Assembly (NCBI GenBank): GCA_965637545.1
Contig: OZ281494.1
Location: 1,364,001-1,428,000 of the forward strand
Direction of reading: 5' to 3'
Length of the DNA stretch: 64,000 nucleotides
DNA from: Phallusia mammillata
Lineage: Eukaryota
This document shows, in pieces, positions 48,001 to 62,200 of the stretch. The notes under the pieces are model-generated. The model did not search any database and was not told the origin of the DNA. It saw only the letters and a program-made list of their open reading frames with translations. The position numbers and the translations under genes are program-made. Positions within the stretch are counted from its first letter, which is position 1, and each line of letters begins with the position of its first letter.

Positions 48001-50239
48001 TTAAATATACAGGATCATGGCTCTTCAGAATTCTTCATCGCAGCAAGAAATCCTGCTCCAGGAGAAGAAGAAAACTTTTGGAAGATGATCATGGAGAGAG
48101 GAGCTCCGCTTGTTGTTGATTTGGACAACAGCATTCAAGTAAGTGTGCCAATTTTAATCCATATTCTTTTTTCAGTAACCACGCCTTCATGCAATACATC
48201 TGTTATCAGATTCCAACCAATGCAGCTTTACAATACGAAGCTATTTCGGTTTCCGTATGCGATGTAAATGAAAGCAACCTGTACAATCTGATTACCGTCG
48301 ACCTCCGGTCTGCAACTAAGGCATTCGTAAGTTAAACTTTTACTTTAACTGTTAACTTTCAAATCACATTTCTTTTTAGGCCATCGTACAAAGTGAGTAT
48401 GATGGCGTTTGGCTGTATAAAAAGTCACTAAAAACAGTGCTGATTAAAACGTAGCTTAACTTGTGTATAGGCTGCCCAGCAATTGATGCTTGTGCAAGTC
48501 AAGGGATGGAGTGACGTGGAACGACCGCCCAAAGAAATTGATTTTATCAAAATTATCGAGAAAATGCAACTAATAAGGGCAAAACAGAAATGCCAGTGTG
48601 TGTTGGTTGCTTGCAGGTAAACCTTGTGCCTGTATCGCATTGATTCGTGTCAGCCATAATTTTCAATAAACCTAAACACAAATCGTGTCTACACCTGAAG
48701 CCCACCTTCGCTACATTTTCCAACACGACTTGTTCTTTATCGCAGTAATGGATCAACAAGAACTGGGACCTTCATCGCTCTGGTGAACATTCTCGAACGT
48801 TTAAAGGCTCTAAAGCGGGTGGATGTATTCCGAACTGTGAAAGACCTGAGAGATATGAGACCGAATATGGTCGACAACAAGGTAGTGTTTTACGGAAGAA
48901 TCAGAAATAAAGATTAAGTCTTCAAACAATGTTTATGTTTTTACAGGAACTCTACAAATACTGCTACTCGGTCGTCATGCATTATCTGTCTGATTTCGAC
49001 ACTTATTCAAACTTCAAGTGAACTACATCAAAAAATACCTAGCATAACAAACGGGACAAAATTCATTCATTGTGCAAATTGTATTACGTCAGTTCGCATA
49101 TGAAGCGTCTTTGGTTATTGTTTTTATAAGTAATTGTGCTTACTTGATCTGTCTGTTTGTTTGTTTGTTGTATACGTGCGCTCAATTTATTCGTTTGTTT
49201 GTGTGAAGCACATCTGAGTGAAAATGTCGCATGAAAAGCCGCTCACCACAGATACGAATCAAAAAAAGTTTTCAATGCGTTTCTTTGCTTAAAAATCTTA
49301 CAAATAACTGTCTCCTGACCCATTGCATTCACTTTCAAACACTGAAAAACTTCCGCAAAACTGTTTCAATAGTTTAATGACGACCCTGATCAGTGCTGAC
49401 TTGCATATTATTTATTTTATAATGCGGTATATAAACACCAAACCAAACCTCTCAATACCTTGTCATCATTTTGTATTGTTAACAGTCATTTTAATATCAG
49501 AATATCTTCATACGCACATCACGAAAATAAGCATTTCAGGTACAACGAAACTTTTCAAAGCCCCTAAATCCCCGAAAATGGTTACGTGGAAAATAAACAA
49601 AATCAGCTGCATTGCAAAGAAACGCGCCTTTTTGTTGTTTGGTCCACCCCAATTGAATAAGTAATCTATTTTAGAATCGGTTTTGTGTTTATATATTTGG
49701 TGACGTGCTTAAGCCAAGTCTGTAAAAAAGGTTACGTTTCATAACGATTACGTTAATATGTTCAACTGCATTAGACCTACATTTACGACACGATCTGTGA
49801 CATGCGAATATCAAGACACAAAAGTTTTGTACAAAAATGGGACAGTAGATTCTGAATTCCAAGTTTCTTCCACACACTGATACCTTTACATTCATGGAAT
49901 TCAAAATTGTTCCCCAGAGCATTTCGATATTAGTCCCCAAAAAAATTACCCACGAGTGAAATCATAGATCGACAAAAATCAACGAAGCACGAAATCCAAC
50001 ACATTTTGCAGAAATTACAGAAAAACAACGAAAAAATTTTAATACAGGAAAATAAAAATGTTTCTGAATCGTAATTACGCAAAAATGTGATTGCTCTTGA
50101 ACTTAAAGCAGTCTCTAATGGTTGTTTTTAAAAGGAGCTAGAAGTTATTTGACAACCAACGATAAACGAAACACACACATGTCCCAAGATAAAAAGTATT
50201 TTTCAAAATAGTTTACAGTTGACAATAAATGCGTATAAG

Positions 50240-53200
50240 TCACTTAAAGTTAGAATAAGTGTCAAAATCGGAAAGATATTGCATGACGACCGAGTAGCAG
50301 TATCTGTAGAGTTCCTGTAACAACATATAGACATTACTTGAAGACTCACTAACTGGACAGTGTTTATTTCAGCTCCCAATCGCTAAGTATTCACCAGCGC
50401 TCTCGTTATTAGTGTAACGCCCCATTAGGTCACTTACTCCCAATTTTATAATTACTGCTTTAATACTTTTTTGTAATGATGATTTGAAAAACATTACCTT
50501 GTTGTCGACCATATTCGGTCTCATATCTCTTAGGTCTTTCACAGTTCGGAATACATCCACCCTCTTTTGGACCTTCAAACGTTCGAGAATGCTGACCAGA
50601 GCGATGAAGGTTCCAGTTCTGGTTGATCCATTGCTGTAAACACATCAATATTATAGAATCAGGTATTTTGCGTTCAGACCAGAAAAACGGCTTCAGGCAT
50701 TGGTTTTCCCCCAGATGATATTAAAGCCTCAAAAGTTTTTGATCAAAAACGCGGCTGTCCGTTAATGTACGTCGAGACCAAACAGAACAAGCAGCAATTG
50801 CGTGATAGGCGCGTGTCTGGGGCGACGCTTGGCGGGCATTAAACTTGATTATGTGAACGGAGTTTTCATAACAATGTAACAAAGGCGACTTTTCTAGCAA
50901 ATGCTTGAGGTAGTTATAACGTATAATTGTTAGCTAAAGTTTTAAGTGATTATTGTGCGTGAGTTGCGGCAGTAAATTTTGTGCATCAGTTTATATTGTG
51001 CGTAAGTTAAGACATTACTTTCACTGCAATTCGTTATTGATGCTGTTGAGACAATGCAATGGTGCGGAATAATTGAAACAATTAACAAAAGCCCGCACGT
51101 AATTTCCGGGTGCACTTAACTGTTTATTGATAAGTTTCCTCATTAACTTTTATTTGCTGGTGCGTCGCAAGTCCAGAAAACTTTTCCAGAGGCGTCGCAA
51201 CAAAAACAGTTTGAGAACCACTGTATTGAAGGAATGATTCGCACCCACTAGTTTTAATGGGTTTTAAATGTGTATGAACTAGTAGTTATATGTCAAAACA
51301 TGTTGATATTGTTTGAAATCAAACTTAATTAGGGTAGTTCAACAGGACTTGGTTTCTCAGCTCAGATTTGAGTTTAATTTCTTTACAATAGTAAAGCGTA
51401 AGCTCCTAATGAGCTGCTGTCGCGGTTTTAAATCCCAAATTTATCGAGTTTGGACTTTTCTTCCACTCGCTTGTTCGTATAAACGTCCGTATGAGACCGG
51501 CATAACTCGGCATTTCGCCTCTAATTAGTTGTTGCGCGTTTTCACAAACAAATATTTAGACGTGGTATCCAAGTAAAACATTACCTGCATCCTACCAACA
51601 CACACTTGCAATTCTGTTTGGTCTTCAGTCGTTGCATTTCCTCGATAATTTTGATGAGATCCATTTCTTTCGGAGGTTGTTCCACGTCATTCCATCCCGT
51701 GACTTGCAAAAGTATTACTTGCTGGGCAGCCTGACACAAAACAAGGGTTTTATTCAACTTTGTGAGAACAACTATAGTTTTGTTGAAAACAAAGAAAGCT
51801 AAGTGTGGTTTAACTTTGCCATTTCTTTACAAGATACGTAATAATTCACAACGCAAAAGTGTAAGATATTTTTTTGTTAAACGGTAAAGAATTGAATCGA
51901 AACTCTTGTTTGAAACTTAGGCCATTACAGTACACATGTTTCCATATTTGATATTGCTATACATAACGCAAACTCTCCTTGCCAACCTGCAATAACCTTT
52001 CCAAAATACTCTCTCTATGTATATATATTTATCGGTGCTGTTCGGAAGTTATTAACTTACAAAGGTTGTTGACCAAACGTTAACAGTTATCAGATTGTGA
52101 ACGTTGCTTTCATTCACGTCACGTACAGAAACCGAAATGTCTTCATATTGTATGGCTGTATTGATTAGAATCTAAAAAAGATGTATGATATATAGTAAAG
52201 GTCTATTATAGAAAGATATAAACTGTCAAATTTACTTGAATGCTGTTGTCCAAATCAACGACAAGTGAAGCTCCTCGTTCAACGATCATCTTCCAGAAGT
52301 TTTCTTTTTCTCCTGGACCAGGATTTCTTGCTGCGACAAGGCAGTCTGAAGAGCCATGTTCCTGTAAAGAGAAACCTTTGCATTTGATTGACCACAACCC
52401 AAAATGCATTCGATTGATCCTCATTGGTTTTAGTGAAATGGTAAATGCATTTAAAGCATTCTGGCTCCAAAAAAATCACATCTCGAAAGTTATTACCTGG
52501 ATATATGAAGCATCTAACTGCTGTATTCTTTTATTCTTATTGTTGTTGACTTTGACTGATGTGTTCTTGTCTAAAAACAAATATTGTGTGTGATAGGATA
52601 AAATATTAAATATTTTTAGTGAATTATTTACATGTTCTGAGCTGTGGGTGATTTTCCTGCCATTCTTCGCCAAATCTCCACGATGACAGCGTGTTGAATT
52701 CTTGGTCTTGCACTTTCTTACTAGAACAGAAACCTTTACTGTTTCATCTTATCAATTACTACTAAAACAATATGTGTACAATATGCCTAAGCGATCGTAT
52801 GTCACGTTCGCTTACAAAAGGATCAATATTTAAACTTTTACGTATCAACCGGTTGGGTCAAGTGCTTAGATATCGCAATAATACCTAATATACTACTAAA
52901 CTGTTCGGATACAAGTTACTTTTAAACAATACAAGATAATACAACTACTAAAACGGTAACAGCCCTGTATCCAAGCTAACAAAATAAAACATTTGGCAGC
53001 TAATTAGTCACATTTCACTTGAAGTCATCGACTGGAGTTCGGTCACATCTTTATCTGTTTCCTCCAAACTTTCACGCTCCATAAGCAGTTTGTAGACGTA
53101 CATGTATTGTTTCTGTAGAAAATATACACTATTGAAACTGATTTAGGCGATACTAAAATTTTTTTTTTTTTTTTTTAAATAAAAATTTTTGAAAAAAAAA

Positions 53201-56200
53201 ACCAGCACATTAGCTAAACCAAAATGTTGTAATGAAACGGCAGACGTACAATCGTAATCAAATGTAATCAAAATTGTGGTCAAGTAAACACAAATGTTAG
53301 TAAAGATTCATATTCAGGTTTACAACGCCTCCTCACCAGTGCATGCGCAAATGGTTCGCGTTTATTGACGGCGAGAATTATCATGAGGCCCCATACTTAC
53401 GTAACTGTTTTCAGTGTCAAGTTGTGTATTGAAGATAAAAATACACAGCAATAACATAACTATAGTCAAGTCGATTCATAACATCAGGCCAACTAAAGTC
53501 TAATGTAAGTAAAGCATACCGTTCAAAGTTAGGTTTATTGAATCTATATGATTAATGTATCAAGTGCAATTGGGTGATGATCAGCTTACCACATTTTGAA
53601 TCATGTCTTTTCGATTCTCTCTCATTCTTAACACGGTTCGCGGCACATCAACTGTTCCTTTGTCGTCAAGTTCATGAAACAAAGTGTCCATTGCTATGTA
53701 AGTGCCTGTGCGTCCCACTCCAGCACTACATACAAACATATGCTTCATTTGAGTGATCAAATAACATAGGGTTGATTAAGTCTTTACCTGCAGTGCACAA
53801 TGATTGGAGCATTGGTGTTTTGCAAATCATCAACCATGTTACGTAGGTGGATCATGTTGGATGTAGTTACTGGAATCCCATGATCGGGCCAAGTTGTAAA
53901 CTGCAGCTGTGTTACCGTTCGTTGCTCCTGTAAAACATACCCGCATAACTTATAATAACCTTTTTGTAGGGGTTGATAAGATTATGGGCAATCAATCGAA
54001 CTTCAATCAAATTATATCTAGCATCAAACAGTTCATGTTATTTTAATTATATGAAGCGGTTTTGGTCAGAACTTAAAAGGTTATCCAATCTCGAGCTAGT
54101 GGATTTCAAAGACATTCTATTGATAGACGCTTTGTATTTGCTGCAGCTCGTTTGCAGTCATTTCCTGCCTTTTTCTCTACGCCAAACCCTGATGGAAAGA
54201 TCAGTTTCAGTTCAATTAATCAACAGGCAAGCCTCGTTGTATTCCAAGCTTTTGTGTTCAAGGAACCAAAGCGGTTTTGAAAACTTGTCAGACTGTTCGG
54301 AACAGATTTGATATTTTGTTCTTTGTACTTACCCTGTTTGTGAATAAAACCAACTGTCGTTGAAGAATGCCACCGATGGTTATTTCAAGTTGTGTTCGAA
54401 CTGTAAGCACTGGCGACAATTCCCTTTGAGATTCAACGTCTGGCCAGTATTGCTCGCACTTTGACTGGTCGAAAAACAAGGTTCGCAACATTAGTGCAAA
54501 TTGTACAATAATTTACGCTTGCTTGTTTTCCCTTAAAATGGGTTAAACCAGGGGTGCACAACCTTTTCGCTAAGACGGCCGCATCGCAGATATTTTTCAA
54601 ACGACCGCCAATTAACCTAACTGCTTGTTTTTGTTTTTAAAATGATTATGTGAAAATAGGCTTTGTCCGACATACATAAACCATCTAATGGAGTCCAAAA
54701 AGCCCGGATAATTTGAAACTTGATCCACAGATTAAGCTAAAGTCTTACGACCAGTCTGAGCTATATTTATGACGTTATAATCTATATTGTGACGTAAGAG
54801 GGGACTGTTTACTTGCATTGTTTGCACACAATAGGCGTGTGTAAGTGTGATGCACAGAGTTACTAGGCTGGTAATACTCTTTACAGTCTTACAAAATCTA
54901 TTTAAAGCTGTTTGAAAATCAGCATATTTAGCAAAGGAGTTTTATTTACGTCACAGCCACCAGTGCATATATTTTAATAAACATGTTCACGGCGGTACAA
55001 AATCGTCTATTCGGCCGTAGGTTGTGCACTCATGAGTTAAACATATATGTCATGTGGCATGATATGGTCGTTGTAGTACCCAATCATGACATCTTATAAG
55101 TTACGTATTACTCGAAACCCAAGTATGGCTATGCATTATGCTGATAACAACTTGGTCATTAATCACACCACAGTGGATTACTCACTAAACACTTCCTTGA
55201 TTTAACCACAGTGCCCTGGCGAATGAAGGTTTATTTTCATAAATGTTTATTAGTGAAAAAGGAAAGCAATAACCAACCTTTCCGTTTTCCCTCAAGCCAG
55301 TGAGCATTACGATGATGTTGGAGTTTTCCTGCCAAACCATCAACCAGAAATCGTTGATTGTCTCCTCCTTCGGACCCTGAGTGGCGATGAACTTCCTCTC
55401 GTTATCGTAACCCGGTATATAAGCGGCGTTGATGTAATCGTTTCCACCGCTTCCTTGCAAAACCACTCGAGCATGATCGTCTATTGAACAAACAAATCAA
55501 GAAGCTAATAGCTGATTACGTTTCCACGAGATAAACTGATCTGTAATCTGTTTGTTAGTTTTTCGTCAAGAAGGCGCCTGGTTGATTTTTTTTAACAACG
55601 ATAAATAGTTGGTAGCATTTGATAGCAACAAAACAGATTTGCTGATTAGTGTTTTATGTCATTGCTTTTCTGCTTAGGTGACTTAAAAAATACCTTTTCG
55701 CGCAAGAATCTAAGGTATTTATACGTTTTCTACTTACAAGGAAAAATGTTCTTGTACCGGTTTCTCACAGCGTTTTGCGGCAACTGTGACACGTCCCTTG
55801 TTCTCTGGTTGTTTTTGCTTTGGTTTTCGACTTTCTGAAACAGCAAAACATCCAAATATGAAATAGTTTAAAACTCCGATTTTCCAGCATTATTCTGATG
55901 TGACAATAAGGAAAAGTCGCTCGTGATCATTTTCTCTGTTAAAGCTGATTCAAGTGACATTACAGTGAAAACAAATCATCTGTAAATTATGTTATTTCTG
56001 GTGCAATATGATAACGCCTGATTAGATGAATTTTCCCCTCGATTTATCATTCTACTGATTGTGACGTTTCCTGGTTTCGATTGTGACGTATAGTCTGTGA
56101 ATGAACCTTCCGGGTTTCGCTACGTGTATTCGATTAACAAATCTTACACCAGTAACTAACCTTAAACTCGTCGGAAAAAAGAGATCCTGACTCCACGTTT

Positions 56201-59200
56201 TTTTTGTACAAGTCAAACAATTTGGTGGCTCTGCAGTTGGACGCCGCGGTTTCAGGAAATAGGTTTTCGTAGACTTGGTTTTGAACTTCAGGCGCTAACA
56301 ATTCAAAAATGAACAAGTTTTCATCAAATTGTGCTAACATTTTGAAAATAGGTGAAGTAACACAAACAAAAACACTAAACATTGTGTCAGAGTTCATCCA
56401 ACAAACACATTTGAACAAAAACGAAGATGCTAGTTGTGAAATGTATCTCGTACACTTAAAATACTCAACATTTAGTGTTGACTCATAAGTCTAGTACGAT
56501 TTGTGGCGGTTCAGATGAGAAACGTGTAAAGTATCCCTTTCTGATGTGTGTGTCAGTAAAGATAAAAAAAACATAAGACTTTGGCAGCACCTGAAAATCC
56601 AAGGCTTAAAGATTGATGAACTCCCTCATGACTAGGTTGATCCGTTCCAAGCCTATAAAGCACAAAAGATCTTCAATTTCACTTCTATTGTGCACTCTTA
56701 AATTACCCTCTTAACCGGCATGACTAAGCGCAGGTTTTTTCATGCATGCTATTTTGACAAGGTTTCAATATTTCGAACCCAAAACGAACTATTATTGACA
56801 ATATCCATCGCAACAAGTACCTGTTTTTTCGTCTTAAAAACATGACCACCACCACAACAATGACAAGTACCAGAAACAACAGCCCGATCACCAGACCAGC
56901 AATCATTCCAACACTCGTTGAAGTCGCATTTAGATTTTCTAAACAAAACAGTTTGTTACACAAGGAGCACTGCTTTGGAGCACTTGCGTAACCGTGTGTA
57001 ATCAAAGACGTAAAAACCTGTTTTAAAAATCGATCGGTGCTTACGTCAGCATATTGTTAGCACTCAAACCAAATGTCACGAAGCCTTCACAACTTCACGA
57101 CATATGAGTGAACTTACGATACATGCCTTTACCTTTGGGATAACAGTTTGGAGGTAGATTCCCCGGAGTTTTTACTTTTTGATTGGATGTGATGTTTGTG
57201 TTGATTGAACCAGTGACAATCACTGCAACCTGGAATAAATAACAACGACAGTTCACACATTTTTATATGCAAGCTGTTGTATTTCTTTGTACTGTTTGCT
57301 TGAAGAGTAAAATCAAATGAGAAACGAATAAATGAAACAAGCATTTATAGCTTGGATAATTGCCAATCTACATAGCACAGACAAATAGTAATCACCACAG
57401 GCAAAAGAGTAATGAATGCGGTTCAATTACCAAATCACGTGACTGTGGAATGCGTGTCCGCGATTCACTTCCTTAAGGAAAATACACGAAGCGGAACCAT
57501 AACACAAACCATACAAAAACCGGCAACGTCGAACTATATTAATTAACGAAAGTTTGCATCTTGTAAAGAGTAAAACGTTTCTCACTTGTATATTATAGAC
57601 GGTAGAATGCTCCAAACTTCCTAGTGTTGTCGAATGGTCTGAATACGGAACTCGGAATTTCTTGTTTAATTTCGTGAAATGGACTTCCACCTGTTAGAAA
57701 CAACAAGGATTTCGTTGTTACTGCATTTTGCCTAGCGAACTTTTTCTAACTAGCGCAAACTGATTAAATCGAAGCGTAATATTCATTATGTTGGGAAATT
57801 CAAACGAAAAATGATGTATTGAAACTAATTCCTTTACCTTTGCATTTAAATTGTGTTTGTTGATGAACTGATCCAATCCAGTCCAACTGACAACAACTGA
57901 TGAGGCATTGCATTCAAAGGTCGTGGTATTGGTGACAACTGTTGTGCATAACGAAAAAGAAACAATAACACTTTTAAACCAAATGTGTGAATAAGTGTTT
58001 TTTACTTGTTGTTTTACGTTTTTTTATTTGTAATTTAATGTAGGTTAAACCTTATTTTATTTCTACTGGTGCAAATGTGACAATATATACGTCAGCAAAT
58101 TTCAGTTATTGGGCAAGTTCTGTTGCTCATTACACATTACACAAGAACTAATTGTTATTTTACCTGCAGGAAAGCAGTTTGGAGGGGGATTTCCCGGAGT
58201 TGTTACTGTCAGATTGGATGTGATGTTTGTGTTGATTGAACCAGTGACAATTACTATGACCTGGAATAAATAACAAGACAAATTTGTTTGTTTAGAAAAT
58301 ATTGAAGCAAAAAGGGTGGGTTTGTTTAGAACAGTGCTTGGTGATACTTAATACGAACATTAAAAAACCTGCATCGTTATTAATTGGAGTTTACAATTGC
58401 CGGAAGAAAGCTAAGCGTCGCAGTATCATAATGTGGCGTACTGAAAGGGTTTCGATATACGTGTAGTTATTTAATTACAATTAAAACGACAAACGAGTTA
58501 AGCGGATACACCACTTGCATTACTGCTTAGAATGTAATGAGATAGACTTCATATAGCCATTAGTAAAAAAATTAAGGCGAGCTAAAAGTCTTACTCATGT
58601 CTCGTATTAGCATGGAACACACTTACGTGTATAATATTGACTGTAGAAGGCGTTAAACGTCGTACAGTTGCCGATTTGTCTGAATACTGACCGTAGATTT
58701 TCTCATTCAATACTGGTGTGAAAATCTCAACCTGAGCACATTTAACTCATTTAAAGAAATTATTTTTTACGAACTTTTACCACTATATTGCGGATAATAA
58801 AGGTTTGTAACCAGGCAAACAATCGTAAACGAGTAAAATGTTTGTTGAGACTCAAAAAATTGATCTGTTAACAGTAACACCTTTACCTTTGCAATTAATC
58901 CGTTTTTGTTAATAAACTGGTCAAGTCCAGTCCAACTGACAACAACTGTTGAGGCATTGCATTCAAAAGTCGTTGCGTTGGTAACAACTGTTGAAGCATA
59001 ACGAAAATGTTATGCTCCCAAAAAATCACCAAAAATAGCTGCTAAGATTTCTCTTAGCTAAAAAAACGTCAGTGACGTATGGAAAAGAATAACCATCAGC
59101 ACAAAATCAAAAGCAACTTGGCCCAGGATTGTGTTTGGAAACAATAACACTTTTGAAATTAAATGTGTGAAGAAGTGTTTTTTACTTGTTGTTTTACGTT

Positions 59201-62200
59201 TTTTTGGAATTCAATTTAGGTTAAACCTTACTTTATTTCTACTGGTGTAAATGTGACAATATATATGACAGCAAATTTCAGTTATTGGGCAAGTTCTGTT
59301 GCTACTTACGCATTACACAAGAACCAATTGTTAATTTACCTGCAGGAAAGCAGCTTTGAGGGGGGTTACCGGGAGTTTTTACTGTCAGATTGGATGTGAT
59401 GTTTGTGTTGATTGAACCAGTGACAATCACTGTAACCTGCAATAAATAACAAGACGAATTTGTTTTGTTTAGAAAATATTGAAGCAGAAAGGGTGGGTTT
59501 GTTTGAAACAGTGCTTGATGATACCTAATACGAACATTGAAAAACCTGCATTTTTTGGAGTTTACAATTGCCGGAAGAAAGCTATGCGTCGCAGTATCAT
59601 AATGTGGCGTACTGAAAGGGTTTCGATATACGTGTAGTTATCTAATTACAATTAAAACGACAAACGAGTTAAGTGGATACACCACTTGCATTACTGCTTA
59701 GAATGTAACAGGATGGATTCGATATAGCCATTAGTATAAAAAAATTAAGGTGAGCAAAAAGTCTTACTCATGTCTCTGTAAGCACGACACTCACTTACGT
59801 GTATAATATTGACTGTAGAAGGCGCTAAACTTCGTACAATTGCCGATTTGTCTGAATACTGACGGTAGATTTTCTCCTTCAATACTGGTGTGAAAATCTC
59901 AACCTGAGCACATTTTACTCTAGGAATGAAATTATTTTTTCTCGAACTTTTACCCATATATTGCGGATAATAAAGGTACCTTCACCTCTGCAATTAATCC
60001 GTTTTTGTCAATAAACTGGTCGAGTCCGGTCCAACTGACAACAACCGTTGAGGCGTTGCATTCAAAAGTCGTTGCGTTGGTAACAACTGTTGATGCATAG
60101 TCACAAAATTTAAAAAAGAATGTCAAATTATGCCTTTAACCCACACAAAGATTCTTTTATTACCTGGAGGATAGCAACTCGATGGTGGGTTAGGGAATGT
60201 TCTGAATTTACGCGTGAAGGAAACGTTAGAGCTAACGCAACCAGAGAGAATTGCTGTCACCTGGGATTTAAATGTTGTTTAAATAATTCTGCACAATTTC
60301 CGCGTATTACGTTGTTGAGCTACTTCGTGTTGTTACTGTTTTAGGTTATGTCGACGGTTACCGTTAACCTGTAATGTAAAAAAGAAATGTTCGCAATTTT
60401 TGACATAAATACCTTTAATTGATATTTTGTTTCAAAACTTAAGTTTCCAAGTGTAGTCGATCCATCTAAATACGGTGATGTATGTCTTTCGTTCAGTACC
60501 GAAACATGGATTTCGACCTACGTACAACACATTTCTCAATCTATAAAAATTTAACCTGCTTTGGATAAATGTTACCACTGGACTGAGATTATGTTTGTTG
60601 ATAAATTGATCGAGTCCAGTCCACCTGACCACCACAGTTGAAGCGTTGCATCTAACTCTCTTTACTTTAGCTTTGACTAAAAGTGAAATAACAAGTTTAA
60701 TTAAAATGCAGCAGCAGATTTGCACTGTATGTTTAATTTGTTTTTATTGCTTTGCAGCAACAGAAATATTCATCCACTATCTCTGTCAATTTTTCTACAG
60801 CATTTACTTGGACAAACACTGCCCTGGACTCTAAGTCGCGTGCTGTGATGTTCGATACTATAGTTCTATAGTTGGCTATTTTGTTATTTGGCAACAATTG
60901 CTGGCTAGACAAACGACGAATTCGGAACGTGTATTGAATCATAACCAAGGGATGGAGAAGTAATATGGACATGACTGTAAACCGCCATCGCATAGCTTTG
61001 AGGCCTGATTTCACAGTATGTGTCTGCAACTTTTGTATCTATAATATTACCTAGCTATAAAAAGTTAGTTGCTGGACTTAACCCGGTGCCAAACGGTGCC
61101 ACGAATCTCATAAGGTTAAGATTAGGGTGAAAAAATGTCGTAATGATTAAAAGACATATCATAAAGCAGCGGGTGACTGACGTATGATTAAATGTCGTAT
61201 ACGGGTGATGAAATTTCGAGTGTGATAAAACGTCACTCAACCGTGCTAAATAAACCGAAAAAGTCCTGTTTAAGGTATTGTCTATTTTTGCCCATCATGT
61301 ATGCCTTTTCTACGTGTTGTTCTTTTTAGCTGTACTTATTGTAGGACATGTATGGATCTGTCAAACAAACTTTCGAATTTCAACCGGCTTTTCAATACCA
61401 ATTCGGCATCGGGCTTACACTTTCCAGGTAATGGTCAAATTTCAGACACACTTACAGCCATAAATGTAGACAAACTGTGGAGAAAACAACTTCACAAACC
61501 GCAACTAACAATTGAATGTATACGATATTTAATTTTTGTTTCCTATTTTTAACTTGCGCTAAACTCCAGCCAACCAACTCGCGATATCACTCACGTTTTA
61601 CTTGATAAGCGTAGTAGGCCTTTCTTTTGCACTTTATGCTTGATTGTATATGTATTGTTTATTTTAAGATGAATTGTTTTGTTTTTACTCACGATTACTT
61701 TACTCACGTTTCACTTGGCAAGCGTAGTAAGCCACTTCCCCATTGTAGTTCATGCTTGACTGCTCCCATCCGATCCCATAATGCAACGCTCCCTGCTGGC
61801 AAGTTGTAACGTTGGAAACGCGAAAGTTTGCCCGAGATCCGTCCGTCCAGTACCAACCATGTAGCGATGTGTTATAACGAGCTCCAATAAGAATCCTAAT
61901 GTCTAGAACAACATTTGCGAGTGTTATTTATAAATAGAAATAACACGATCAAAACATATTTTCTTTGTATGTTTTCAAACCAAACGCTCACTTGGTACCA
62001 GAAACGATCCCTCATATTTGGTAAACGTTTCATACGTTTTATGGACACTGCGTAACTTGCTAGAAATTGGATATGTATATCGCCCATAGGTGAATATTTC
62101 TTTTTGGCGCCCCAAGGTGTTAATTTTTGAAAACAAGGAATACCGGAATCTCCATCCTGAAAAGAATACAGATTTCGTTGTAGGTCAAACCTATGTAGAT

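Larger units (their letters stand above)
39125..49021 (+). pseudogene. Gene F: full-length but multiply disabled paralog (SP-CTLD/insert-2xFN3-TM-D1-D2)
   Basis: SP exon 39125-39197 (MTWVYTSKIVIIIMMVYIITAQIK); exon 2 at 42313. Lesions: 23-nt deletion in exon 43962-44035; +1 frameshift in exon 45447-45560; TAA at 46788 and 46839; 11-nt deletion of the WPD codons near 47037; frameshift in the Q-loop exon. Ends FDTYSNFK* at 49019-49021. Confidence 0.9.

Noticed and set aside
53150-53205. Long T/A homopolymer insertion in a G intron
   Set aside because: Low complexity, and may be a homopolymer sequencing artefact.
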